Assembly (NCBI GenBank): GCA_963727525.1
Contig: CAVSGO010000006.1
Location: forward strand, 1-64,000
From: an uncultured bacterium
Lineage (GTDB): Bacteria > Krumholzibacteriota > Krumholzibacteriia > LZORAL124-64-63
DNA: 64,000 nucleotides
Direction of reading: 5' to 3'
The notes under the pieces are model-generated. The model made no database searches. It saw only the letters and a program-made list of their open reading frames with translations, and was not told the DNA's origin. A program made the translations under genes and the position numbers. The stretch's first letter is position 1; the number at the start of each line of letters is the position of its first letter. Below, in pieces: positions 39,553 to 48,951 of this stretch.

Positions 39553-39673
39553 GTCGACTTCCTTTCTGCCGCGCGCCACATCGGGCGCCGCTGGCGAGAA
39601 GGTACGCACAGGCGAAAAAGACGACAAGAAGGCACCGAATGGATACCGAGTCGCCGCATGGGAGCGAGACGAC

Positions 39674-40414
39674 ATGAACGCATCACCGTCCAGGATCATG
39701 GGGCCAGTCGTGATCCTCATCGGGTTACTCGCGGCCCCTCTCCTTGCGCAGAGTCCCGATACTACCGCGACCGGTCACGACCCCGCACATCCGCCCATCG
39801 ATTGTCCGCTGCGCAAGCAGGGCATCGATCCCGCCCACATGCGGCCGTTCGCGGACGTCGAGAAGTACATCGCGTTTCTCGACCGAGATGATCGGGCCGT
39901 GTGGCAGAAGCCGGACGAGGTGGTGTCGGCTCTCGGTCTCGAAGGCGATGAGACCATCGTCGACCTCGGAGCCGGGTCGGGCTACTTCTCATTCCGGCTA
40001 GCGAAGGCCGTACCGCAAGGCAAGGTGATCGCTGCCGACATCGAACCCGAGATGATTCGCCACATCCACCACAGAGCCATGACCGAAGGCGTGGGTAATA
40101 TCGAGGCGAAGCTCATTACCGCCGCCGACCCCGGGATTCCGGCCGACGTCGATCTGGTGTTCATCTGCGACGTGCTGCACCACGTCCCGGATCGTCACGT
40201 CTGGCTCGAGAAGATTGCGAACGCAATGCCGTCCGGCGCCCGTCTCGTCCTGATCGAGTTCAGGGCGGGCGATCTGCCCGAGGGCCCTCCGGAGTCGGCG
40301 AAGATCCCCCGTGATCGACTCGTGCAACTGGTGACGGACGCCGGTTTCAAGCTGGTGGGAGCGCATGACGAGCTCCTCCCGTACCAGACGTTCCTGATCT
40401 TCGAGAGAGAATGA
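39674..40414 (+). CDS. Class I SAM-dependent methyltransferase with signal-peptide-like N-terminus
   Basis: WQKPDEVV, VDLGAGSGYF, AADIEPEM, DVLHH, LPYQ. Confidence 0.88.
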   Translation: MNASPSRIMGPVVILIGLLAAPLLAQSPDTTATGHDPAHPPIDCPLRKQGIDPAHMRPFADVEKYIAFLDRDDRAVWQKPDEVVSALGLEGDETIVDLGAGSGYFSFRLAKAVPQGKVIAADIEPEMIRHIHHRAMTEGVGNIEAKLITAADPGIPADVDLVFICDVLHHVPDRHVWLEKIANAMPSGARLVLIEFRAGDLPEGPPESAKIPRDRLVQLVTDAGFKLVGAHDELLPYQTFLIFERE

Positions 40415-40538
40415 GCTGCGCGGTCCGCACGGGCTGCGGTGGCGCGGATCGTCGCCTCCAATCCATGTCGAATGGTGTTGAAGGAGCGCCCGACACCGCG
40501 CATCATCCCGAGTGGTTCCCCATACGAGAGGAGACGAC

Positions 40539-41060
40539 GTGCCGCGGATTCCCAGGCCCGGACCCGGCGACCACGCTGCTTACTATGGCCAGTATATGGC
40601 CCGCTTCCTCGATCACGACGTGCTGGTCGATCTTACCGCGCAGTCCGACGAGTTGGCGGCGCGGCTGCGCCCCCTCGATGACGACGCCGCGCGGTTTCGC
40701 TACGCTGCGGGCAAGTGGAGCGTGAAGGAGGTGCTCGGCCATCTGGTCGACACGGAGCGCATGTTCACGTATCGCGCCATGAGCATCGCGCGAGGTGACC
40801 CCGCCGCGTTGCCCGGCATGGACGAGAACGCATGGGTCGCCGGCGCCACTTTCGACGCGCAGCCGCTCGGCGACCTGGTCGACGAGTTCGTCGCGGTGCG
40901 AGCCGTCACCCTGCTCTTCTTCGCCGGCCTGTCGCCGGAAGCCTACAACCGCCGTGGCATGGCCAACGACAGCCCGATCGTCGTCCGCGCATTGCCGTTC
41001 ATCATCTGCGGGCATGCCGCCCATCATCTCGAGATACTGCAGGAGCGGTATCGGGTCTGA
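40539..41060 (+). CDS. DinB family protein
   Basis: RYAAGKWSVKEVLGHLVDTER...GHAAHH; GAGGAG RBS. Confidence 0.9.
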   Translation: MPRIPRPGPGDHAAYYGQYMARFLDHDVLVDLTAQSDELAARLRPLDDDAARFRYAAGKWSVKEVLGHLVDTERMFTYRAMSIARGDPAALPGMDENAWVAGATFDAQPLGDLVDEFVAVRAVTLLFFAGLSPEAYNRRGMANDSPIVVRALPFIICGHAAHHLEILQERYRV

Positions 41061-41086
41061 CGGGCGGGCGACCGCCGTATCCCTGC

Positions 41087-43738
41087 CTAGCGAGCCACCA
41101 CGAGTTTCCGCGTAACGACGCCGCCATCGGTCCAGAGGCGGGCCAGGTACATCCCGCTGGCGACGGCACGGCCCGCGCGGTCGTGGCCGTCCCAGGTCAC
41201 CACGTGGTGACCGGCTTCCAGGGACCCTTGGGTGAGCACGGCCACGCGCTGGCCGCGCAGATCGATCACGTCGAGCCGCACCACGCTCGCGCGATCGAGG
41301 GTGAAGGTGACGCGGGTGGTCGGGTTGAATGGATTGGGTGCGGCTGTCATCTGCGGCCCGGTGACCGCGGGTAGGTCGCCCGGTGCCGCCGTGGGCTCGG
41401 GCGCCGTGATCGAGAACATGCTGCGCCCATGCGTTCCGGCCACGAGCATCCGTGTGGGCTGATGAAACGCAAGGTCCAGCACCGGCACGCGTGGCAGTCC
41501 CGTGCCCAGCGGCGCCCAGTCCGCGCCCGGGTCCTCTGTCACGTACACGCCGACGTCCGTGGCCACGTAGAGCGTGGACGGATGGTCCGGGTCCACGACG
41601 ATGTCATTGACCGGCGCCGCCGGCAACCCCTGCCCGATGTCCTGCCACGAGGCGCCACTGTTCTGGGAGCGGTAGACGTAGCTGATGGGCTCATCCCAGC
41701 GCAACCCGCTGAACGTGACGTAGACGATCTGCGCGCTGGTGGGATCGACAGTGACGCAGGTGACCCAGCGTTGCGGCAAACCGGCAGTGATGTCCGTCCA
41801 GTTGCCCATGAGCGGATTGAGGCGCCACAGACGCCCATCGTCCGTGCCGGCATACACGACGCTCGTTGTCGAAGGCGCCACGGCGATCGTCGTGATCGTG
41901 CCATAGCCCATGCCGTGATCGCCGTATGTGAGGTCGCTGCTGATCGGCTGCCACGAGCCGGCGGCATCGGTGGTCCGGTAGACGCGCTGGCTGCCGTAAT
42001 AGAGAACATCCGGGTTCGACGGGTCCATCACCACCGGCGTCATCCAGTTGTGTCGATCGTTGCCGCCGATGCCGTCGGTGGCGGGGTTGAAAAAGGTTCC
42101 GCCGTTGGTCGACTTGTAGAGGTTGCCATACTGGTACTCGGCGTAGATGACGTCGCTGTCGGTGGGATCGACGAGACAGTAGAATCCGTCACCGCCGAAG
42201 ATCGCTTCCCAGTTGTCCGCCCCGCCCGCGGGCGTGCGCAGCGAACCGTTGTCCTGGGTGCCGCCATACAGACGCTGCGGCTGAAGCTCATCGACGGCGA
42301 TGGCGTAGAACTGGCTCGTGGGCTGATCGTAGAGCTTGCTCCAGTTCGAACCGCTGTCGCCCGTGTGGTAGAGTCCGCCGTCGTTTCCCTCGTAGGCGAC
42401 CGCGGGCTGACCGAGGCAGAACGCCAGCGCGTGGTGATCGACGTGCATGTTGCCGCCCTCTTCGAACCAGCTCGAGCCGCCGTTCGTGGATCGGACCATG
42501 GGCACGCCGAGCGCGAATACGTTGTTCGGATTCGAGGGATCCACGCGGATGTTGCCGAAGTACCAGCCGAAATCGCTGTACATGCCAGACAGGGCGGCGT
42601 CATTGGTGCGCGTCCAGGTGTCGCCGCCGTTGGTGCTCTTGTAGACCCCCGCGAAACCGGCAGCGGCATCGGCGTAGATGGCATAGAGCACGTTCGCCTG
42701 GCTGACGCACTGGGTCAGGCCGATGCGGCCCACGTTGCTGCCCGAGGGGAGACCATTGGTCAGTTCCTGCCACGTGTCGCCACCATCGGTGGTGCGCCAG
42801 ATGCCGCTCGACGGGCCGCCGCTACGCCGATAGTTCAGACCGCGCACGCGCTCCCACATGGCGGCGAACAGGATGTCGGGGTTCGTGGGATCCATGACGA
42901 GATCGGTCGCGGCCGTGGAGTCGGTGAGGGCGAGACAACGATCCCACGTGGTGCCCCCGTCGTTCGTCCGGTAGATCCCGCGATTCGGCCCGGTGCCGAA
43001 GAGCTTGCCCGTGGCCGCGACGTAGATGCGGTTGGCGTCGGTAGGGTGCACGCGGATGCGCGCGATGTAGCGCGTGTCCGCGAGGCCGATGTTCTGCCAG
43101 GTCGCGCCGGCGTCGGGCGACCGGTAGAGCCCCAGGCCGAAGAAACTGTAGCTGTTGGCGTTGGCCTCGCCGGTGCCGGCGTAGATCACGTCGGGGTTCT
43201 GTGGATCGAGTGCGACGGCCCCGACCGGCAACACGGCCTGAGCGTCGAAAAGCGGCTCCCAGGTGACGCCGCCGTCGCTCGTACGCAGCACACCGCCACT
43301 GGCCGTGGCCGCGTAGGCGATGTTCGCATCGGTGGGATGCACCGCGAGATCGGTGATCCTGGCGCCGATGTTGGTGGGCCCGCGCTGTTCCCAGACGCCG
43401 TCCAGCAGCAAGCTCTTGTCTCCGGCGTCCCGCCGCAGCGCCTGCAACTGGTCGAGAGCCTCGGCGTCCGCGAGCATGGTGCGTAGTGCGTTGGCCTTGA
43501 TATCTCCGTGCGGATAGGCGCGCTGTCTCCAGAACCACTCGTTGGGCCGGGCGTTCGGCTCTTCGCCTTCGGCTTCCTCGTGTTCCAGCGGTGGCGTCGC
43601 ATCGGCGTCCATGCTTGCAGCAGGCAGCATGGCGAGATCGGCGTTTGCAGGTTCACTGGCACCGCGGGGTCGCAGGACGAGAGCCCCCAGGGCGATCACG
43701 ACGAAGATGACGACGAGTGCGAGGATACGGCGGTGCAT
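41087..43738 (-). CDS. Secreted VPS10/BNR-repeat beta-propeller protein with C-terminal FlgD-like domain
   Basis: Many S/TxDGGxTW Asp-box repeats, HVDHHAL, GNDGG, GGTQDNG, THGR; PNPFNP tail. Confidence 0.9.
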   Translation of the reverse strand: MHRRILALVVIFVVIALGALVLRPRGASEPANADLAMLPAASMDADATPPLEHEEAEGEEPNARPNEWFWRQRAYPHGDIKANALRTMLADAEALDQLQALRRDAGDKSLLLDGVWEQRGPTNIGARITDLAVHPTDANIAYAATASGGVLRTSDGGVTWEPLFDAQAVLPVGAVALDPQNPDVIYAGTGEANANSYSFFGLGLYRSPDAGATWQNIGLADTRYIARIRVHPTDANRIYVAATGKLFGTGPNRGIYRTNDGGTTWDRCLALTDSTAATDLVMDPTNPDILFAAMWERVRGLNYRRSGGPSSGIWRTTDGGDTWQELTNGLPSGSNVGRIGLTQCVSQANVLYAIYADAAAGFAGVYKSTNGGDTWTRTNDAALSGMYSDFGWYFGNIRVDPSNPNNVFALGVPMVRSTNGGSSWFEEGGNMHVDHHALAFCLGQPAVAYEGNDGGLYHTGDSGSNWSKLYDQPTSQFYAIAVDELQPQRLYGGTQDNGSLRTPAGGADNWEAIFGGDGFYCLVDPTDSDVIYAEYQYGNLYKSTNGGTFFNPATDGIGGNDRHNWMTPVVMDPSNPDVLYYGSQRVYRTTDAAGSWQPISSDLTYGDHGMGYGTITTIAVAPSTTSVVYAGTDDGRLWRLNPLMGNWTDITAGLPQRWVTCVTVDPTSAQIVYVTFSGLRWDEPISYVYRSQNSGASWQDIGQGLPAAPVNDIVVDPDHPSTLYVATDVGVYVTEDPGADWAPLGTGLPRVPVLDLAFHQPTRMLVAGTHGRSMFSITAPEPTAAPGDLPAVTGPQMTAAPNPFNPTTRVTFTLDRASVVRLDVIDLRGQRVAVLTQGSLEAGHHVVTWDGHDRAGRAVASGMYLARLWTDGGVVTRKLVVAR

Positions 43739-43818
43739 GGTCCAGGGTCCCTTCTGTCGGTTCGAGAATGGATCGTTCTGGCGGAATCCGGATTCGATGC
43801 GTCGAGAACGACTCTGAG

Positions 43819-43996
43819 CCCATCTTGTTCATGCTATCGCTACTGCGGCGGCGTCATGGTCTCTGCGAGCGGGCTTTCTCGGGTTTGCTTCGGTCACCGT
43901 ACCCCGGCGGGTACGGCTCCCTCACAAACCCTGCGAGATCCCGCTCACAGAGACCGTTCCACTCGCCTCGCTACGCGATAGCATGAATATGGTGGG
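43819..43996. repeat. 178-bp long imperfect palindrome (MITE/REP-like element), copy 2
   Basis: Ungapped match to 13849-14026 (offset 29970), same nested stems. Confidence 0.9.
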
Positions 43997-44233
43997 CTGA
44001 GTATACCACAAGATGATTTCGGGCGGCCATGACCTGGTCGCAGTTGCCGGCGGTGAAGGCGTCGGCGGCGCCGAGTCCTCTGGCCCGTGGTGACCGGCTG
44101 CGTCCAGAGATACGCTCGCAACAATGGGCACGGCCAACGGCAGGCCGTCGCGCTGATTGATCGGGCTATTTTGGTATCGTAGCGTCGGACGCGTGGTCGT
44201 TGGACATCGCTCTGCAGGAAGTCATGGTGAAGG

Positions 44234-45085
44234 ATGAGGGTCTCGCGCGATCGGACAACACCGCCTGCACGCCGCGGCCTGTGGTCGCGCTGGCACGATC
44301 TGGAGCAGGTTGCCGACCTCGGTAGCTTGTCGCTCTATGGCGCCGAGGCTCTGGGCACAGCGCTGCTCCTCATCGGGGGCCTCTCGGCCGTGATCATGAT
44401 GATCTCACCCGCCTCTCCGGTCGCGGCGTGGGGATTGCCCGGTTGGCTCGCGCGCGCGTGTGCGGGTGCGCTGTTCGGTCTCACGGGAACCGCGGTGACG
44501 CTGTCGCCGTTCGGGCGGCACAGCGGCGCTCACATCAACCCGGCGATGACCCTGGCGTTTCTGCTCGAGGGGCGCATCAGCCGATCGCACGCCCTGGGGT
44601 ACGCCATCGCTCAGTGCCTCGGTGCGACGGCAGGCGCATTCGTCATCCTGGCCTGGGGCCGCTACGGAAAACCGCTGCAGTTCGGCGCAACCGTCCCCGA
44701 GGCTGGCCTGCCCCTTCCGGTTGCCGTCGCGCTGGAGGCGCTGGCCACCGGCGTTCTCGTGACCGTGGTGTTCACATTCCTGGCTCGGCCAGTGCTCCGC
44801 GATCTGACGCCTTGGACCATGGGTCCGCTGTACGCCGCGATGGTCAGCATCGAGGCGCCCCTCACCGGCACCAGCACCAACCCGGCTCGATCGCTCGGCC
44901 CGGCCATCGCCACGGGCGAATGGACGCACTTCTGGGTCTACCTGGCTGGGCCCGCCCTGGGTGCGGCGGTGGCGGTGGTGCTCGTGGGATGGGCATCGCG
45001 CGGCAAGCACCGGGTGGAACTTGCCAGGTTGGTGCAGCATGCGGGCGATCCGAACGGGCGCTCGGGTCAATTCCATCGCGAGTGA
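44234..45085 (+). CDS. MIP/aquaporin family channel
   Basis: SGAHINPA and STNPARSLGP motifs. Confidence 0.93.
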   Translation: MRVSRDRTTPPARRGLWSRWHDLEQVADLGSLSLYGAEALGTALLLIGGLSAVIMMISPASPVAAWGLPGWLARACAGALFGLTGTAVTLSPFGRHSGAHINPAMTLAFLLEGRISRSHALGYAIAQCLGATAGAFVILAWGRYGKPLQFGATVPEAGLPLPVAVALEALATGVLVTVVFTFLARPVLRDLTPWTMGPLYAAMVSIEAPLTGTSTNPARSLGPAIATGEWTHFWVYLAGPALGAAVAVVLVGWASRGKHRVELARLVQHAGDPNGRSGQFHRE

Positions 45086-45130
45086 GACTTCTACGGGAGT
45101 CTCGCTATGGCCACTCGTGAGTCGGTCGGG

Positions 45131-46636
45131 CTACGGCGCGCGGTTCTCGTCCGGCAGCGTCGTCGGGGTGGAACCGGCGGCGGCCGCGTCCTGAATCAGG
45201 CGCCGGAGCAATGGGATCAACATGAGCAGCACGACGCCCGCCGCGATGCTGCCCAGGCCCAGCTTGGCGAACAGGGACGCGTACTGGGGATTGGTCGCGG
45301 CCGCCGTGGTCCCGGACGGCTCGGGGACCATGCCGGAGAAATCGCCGGCGAAGATCGAGGCCAATCCGGTGACAAGCATCCAGCTGCCCATCATGATGCC
45401 CTGGTACTTGCTCGGCGCCAGCTTGCCGATCATGGCGTAGCCGATGGGGGAGATCAGCAGCTCGCCCACGGACTGGAGCAGGTAGCTGAGGAACAGCCAG
45501 AAGAACGGCGAACGACCCGTCACGTCGGCTCGCCAGATCCCGACCGGGAGCGCCAGGAATCCGAGCCCCATCAGGAACAGTGACGCCGTGAACTGCTGGG
45601 GAATGTCGATCCGCCAGCCGCGGTTGCGTAGCTTCGAGAACAGCGATGCCAGGATGGGGCCGCCAACGACGATCACGACGGTATTGATGTTCTGGACCCA
45701 CTGCGGCGCGATGTCGTGGCCCAGCAAGCGCAGGCGCACGTTGTTCACCGCGAAAAGCTGCAGGCCGTTCGGTGCCATCTGATACAGCGACCAGAACACG
45801 AGCGACCCCAGCGAGAGGATGAGGTAGGCCCACATGTTGTTCTTCTCGCGCCGGTCTTGATGCGTCAACGTGAGGTAGACGAGGGTGGCGGCGACACCGA
45901 TGCTCACGAGCTTCATGATCGCGGCGGTCAGGGTCGTATGCTGCAACAGCACCCAGACCAGCGGGGGGACGCCGGCGAGGATGGCGATGCCGATCAGCGT
46001 CCTCGTCCGGAACTGGGCCCGGGTCGCCTTGAGCAACGGCGTATCCAGGTCGGCGACGGATCTCCAGTTCAGCAACGCGAACACGATGGCCAGGAAGTTG
46101 CCGATGGTGGCGAAGTAGAACAGGTGCGTATAGCTCTCGGTCTGCTGGTAATGGCCGGCCACGGCGAAGCCGATGAAGAACCCGATGTTCATGCCGGCGT
46201 AGTTCCAGAGGAAGGCGCTCTCGCGGCGCTCATCCTGGGGCGAGAATCGCTGCGTGAGCATCATGTTGATGCAGGTGACATTGAGGCCGCTGCCGGTGAG
46301 GAAGAAGGCCAGCCCCCAGTACATCATGGCCGTGGTGCCGAGTGCGATCGTGGCGCATCCCAATACCTGCAGCAACATGCCGCCGACGAACAGGTTGCGA
46401 TTGCTGAGGAACCTACCACCCAGATAGCCGCCGAACAGGTGCAGACCGTAGTTGAAGGCGCCGAACACGCCCATGATCGCGGCCGCGTTCCTGGCGGTGA
46501 AGTTCAGGTGCTTCGTCGCGTAGAGGACGAGCGTGGAATAGAGCACAGCGAAGCCGAGGGTGGAGAAGATCTGGATGAAGAATAGCGCGGCACTGCCTTC
46601 GGGAATCTGCGAAAGTCGGCTCTTGAGGGTGGGCAA
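45131..46636 (-). CDS. POT/PTR-family peptide MFS transporter
   Basis: GGYLGGRFL, RRESAFLWNYAGMNIG, GELLISPIG; 12-14 TM helices; TTG start after GGAG. Confidence 0.88.
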   Translation of the reverse strand: MPTLKSRLSQIPEGSAALFFIQIFSTLGFAVLYSTLVLYATKHLNFTARNAAAIMGVFGAFNYGLHLFGGYLGGRFLSNRNLFVGGMLLQVLGCATIALGTTAMMYWGLAFFLTGSGLNVTCINMMLTQRFSPQDERRESAFLWNYAGMNIGFFIGFAVAGHYQQTESYTHLFYFATIGNFLAIVFALLNWRSVADLDTPLLKATRAQFRTRTLIGIAILAGVPPLVWVLLQHTTLTAAIMKLVSIGVAATLVYLTLTHQDRREKNNMWAYLILSLGSLVFWSLYQMAPNGLQLFAVNNVRLRLLGHDIAPQWVQNINTVVIVVGGPILASLFSKLRNRGWRIDIPQQFTASLFLMGLGFLALPVGIWRADVTGRSPFFWLFLSYLLQSVGELLISPIGYAMIGKLAPSKYQGIMMGSWMLVTGLASIFAGDFSGMVPEPSGTTAAATNPQYASLFAKLGLGSIAAGVVLLMLIPLLRRLIQDAAAAGSTPTTLPDENRAP

Positions 46637-46809
46637 CGCGGGCTCCCGTGGGATGCGGACGGTGAAATGACGTGGGACGACCGAAACCCTCGGAATCCGC
46701 TGGGCCTTTCAATATAGCAGCCTGGTTACGGGCCGCATCCTCTCCCGGGCTCGACAGTAAACCGCCCCACGACTCGGGGCCGCGGGGCGCAGTGGCGACG
46801 TGATGGGAT

Positions 46810-48720
46810 CTATTTCAGCAGGGTGCACTTCCTGGTCAAATTCGTTTGTCCGGCGCGCAGGCGGTAGACATAGGTGCCCGACGCGAGGTCGCGCGGTTGC
46901 CACGTGATTTCGTGACGGCCGGCTTCCAGCGAACCGCGAACCAGGTTTGCGACCTCGCGTCCGGCCATGTCGTACACCGTCAGCGACACGGGCGCGGCCG
47001 AGTCGAGGCGGAAGGCGATCAAGGTGGCCGGGTTGAACGGGTTGGGCGAGTTCTGCGCGAGGGCCACCGTGGCGCCGGCTCCTGGCACGTCGGTGATGCC
47101 GGCCGTTTCGGCAAGGGTGACCGAGCGCGTCGTCTGCCCGTCCACGACACAGTGGTAGACGCCGTAGTCGGCTGCGGTCACGCCCGCGAGCGCGAGGTCG
47201 GCGGCCGTTTCACCCGGGAGCGGCGCACCGTCGCGGTACCACTGGTAGCTGCTGCCGCTCAGCTCGGATTCGATCGCGAAGGTGACGACGGCGAGGCCCT
47301 GAGATCCGGCTCCGACTGCCTGATCGGTGGTGCCTGCCATCGTGATCTTGGTATTGGTGAATGCGCCCTGGTTCACGAGGTCACCCGTGGCGCGGATCCG
47401 CAGGGGATAGGTGCCGTCCTGCACGGTGCCGGTGTTCTGCAGCGTGCCTTCGATGACCGCCTCGGCGCCCTGATAGTAGTCGCAGGTCACCGTGCCGACG
47501 ATCGTCAGCCCGGCGGTGAATGTGGTCGTGCCTGCGATCTTCGCATCGCCCAGCACGCCGTGGTCCACGGTCACGCCCGAGATGGAGCCGGACCCGGTCA
47601 CGCGGATCACGTTGCCATTGGCGATCACGGTGCCCGATCCCAGACCGCCGAAGTTCGTGAACTCGAGCGAGCTCCCGGGAGCCAGTGCGAGGGTGCCGAC
47701 GCCGAGTCCGACGCCGCTGGCCAGGCGCAGCGGGGTGTCGGCGACGATGGTCGCCGCCTGGAACTCCGGCAGGAAGATCGGAGCCGTGCACACGGCGTCC
47801 GGGCTCATGCTCAGGTGGTGGGTCGTACCCACGCCCGTGAGCTCGAGCGTCGGGTTGCTGATCGTGCCATTGTTCTCGACATCGCCTCTCACGCTGAGCG
47901 AGAAGCCGTAGTCGTCGTTGGTGATGAGCCCGTTATTGACGAGATCACCATTGACGACGACGCCACCACCGCCCGTGGCGGTGGGATTCCGCAGGCTGTT
48001 CATGACGACCAGCCGCGTGACGACCGTCGCTCCCGCGGAGCGCGCGTCGCCGACGAAGACGACATCGTCGAGCGTGCAGGACTGGAGATACGAGTACGAC
48101 TCGAACCGCAGCTCGTTCCCGTTGGCGGCGATGGGGCCCTTGCAGATGGTGGCGGTGAGGGTGAGCGGGCAGTCGGGGGACAGGACGAGGCGGCCCCCGG
48201 TGAAGTCGATGTCGCCGCCCACACTGATGGGCGTGGTGGCGACCAGGTCGCCCGAGGCGCCGGCCGCGAACGACAGCGTCGTGTTGCAGTCGCTCCCGGC
48301 GCCCTGCGACATCATCCGCGTGGCACTTCCGGTGACGCGGGCCCGCCAGGGCGTGAAGACGCCGGAGTTGTGGAAGCTGCCGCCGAACTCGACCTCGAGA
48401 TAGTACCCATTCACGTTGCCGACGGCGCCGAGGTTTGTGAAGTCGCCGGCCACCTGCAACGTGCGCGGCGGCGCGACCAGGGCGCCGTTCACCGATCCCA
48501 GGGCTTCGACAGCGATGGTCTGGCACGGGTCGAGGCCATCGATGAGCACGGGCCCGGCGACCACGACATCGTCGCCGGCACCCGGAACGACGCCGCCAAC
48601 CCACGTGGCCGCGCTCGACCAGTTGCCGCCGGCGGCAGTGGAAGTGATTGTGGCGGCCTCGGATAGCGAGGCCAGGGATATCAGGACAAGCGCCATGATG
48701 AGGAACGAGCGAGTTCTCAT
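46810..48720 (-). CDS. Secreted beta-helix/Ig-domain protein with C-terminal T9SS/FlgD-like domain
   Basis: Signal peptide, GNWSSAATWVGGVVP, SYQWYRDG...DYGVYHC Ig motif, QNSPNPFNP...SGTYVYRL. Confidence 0.82.
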   Translation of the reverse strand: MRTRSFLIMALVLISLASLSEAATITSTAAGGNWSSAATWVGGVVPGAGDDVVVAGPVLIDGLDPCQTIAVEALGSVNGALVAPPRTLQVAGDFTNLGAVGNVNGYYLEVEFGGSFHNSGVFTPWRARVTGSATRMMSQGAGSDCNTTLSFAAGASGDLVATTPISVGGDIDFTGGRLVLSPDCPLTLTATICKGPIAANGNELRFESYSYLQSCTLDDVVFVGDARSAGATVVTRLVVMNSLRNPTATGGGGVVVNGDLVNNGLITNDDYGFSLSVRGDVENNGTISNPTLELTGVGTTHHLSMSPDAVCTAPIFLPEFQAATIVADTPLRLASGVGLGVGTLALAPGSSLEFTNFGGLGSGTVIANGNVIRVTGSGSISGVTVDHGVLGDAKIAGTTTFTAGLTIVGTVTCDYYQGAEAVIEGTLQNTGTVQDGTYPLRIRATGDLVNQGAFTNTKITMAGTTDQAVGAGSQGLAVVTFAIESELSGSSYQWYRDGAPLPGETAADLALAGVTAADYGVYHCVVDGQTTRSVTLAETAGITDVPGAGATVALAQNSPNPFNPATLIAFRLDSAAPVSLTVYDMAGREVANLVRGSLEAGRHEITWQPRDLASGTYVYRLRAGQTNLTRKCTLLK

Positions 48721-48845
48721 GATTCATCCCCTTGCTGGCGTCATATGGGTGAGGGCATGGTCGATGGCATAAAGGCTACCATAATTGTTCGTTTTAATTC
48801 AATGAAAATATGATATCAAAACCGGCGTCACGCGGCGCCGGGAGG

Positions 48846-48881
48846 ATCCTGTTGAAAACAGGATGAAAATTCATCTATAAT
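48846..48881 (+). promoter_or_regulatory. Sigma70-type promoter with two inverted repeats
   Basis: TTGAAA 48852-48857, 18 nt, TATAAT 48876-48881; ATCCTGTT-GAA-AACAGGAT and GATGAA-AA-TTCATC overlap it; AT-rich divergent region. Confidence 0.6.
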
Positions 48882-48951
48882 CCCTCATTCCATCGTGACC
48901 GCTGCACATCCCGACGCGAAATCACGCATCTCCCTCAAAGGGAGGTCCAGG

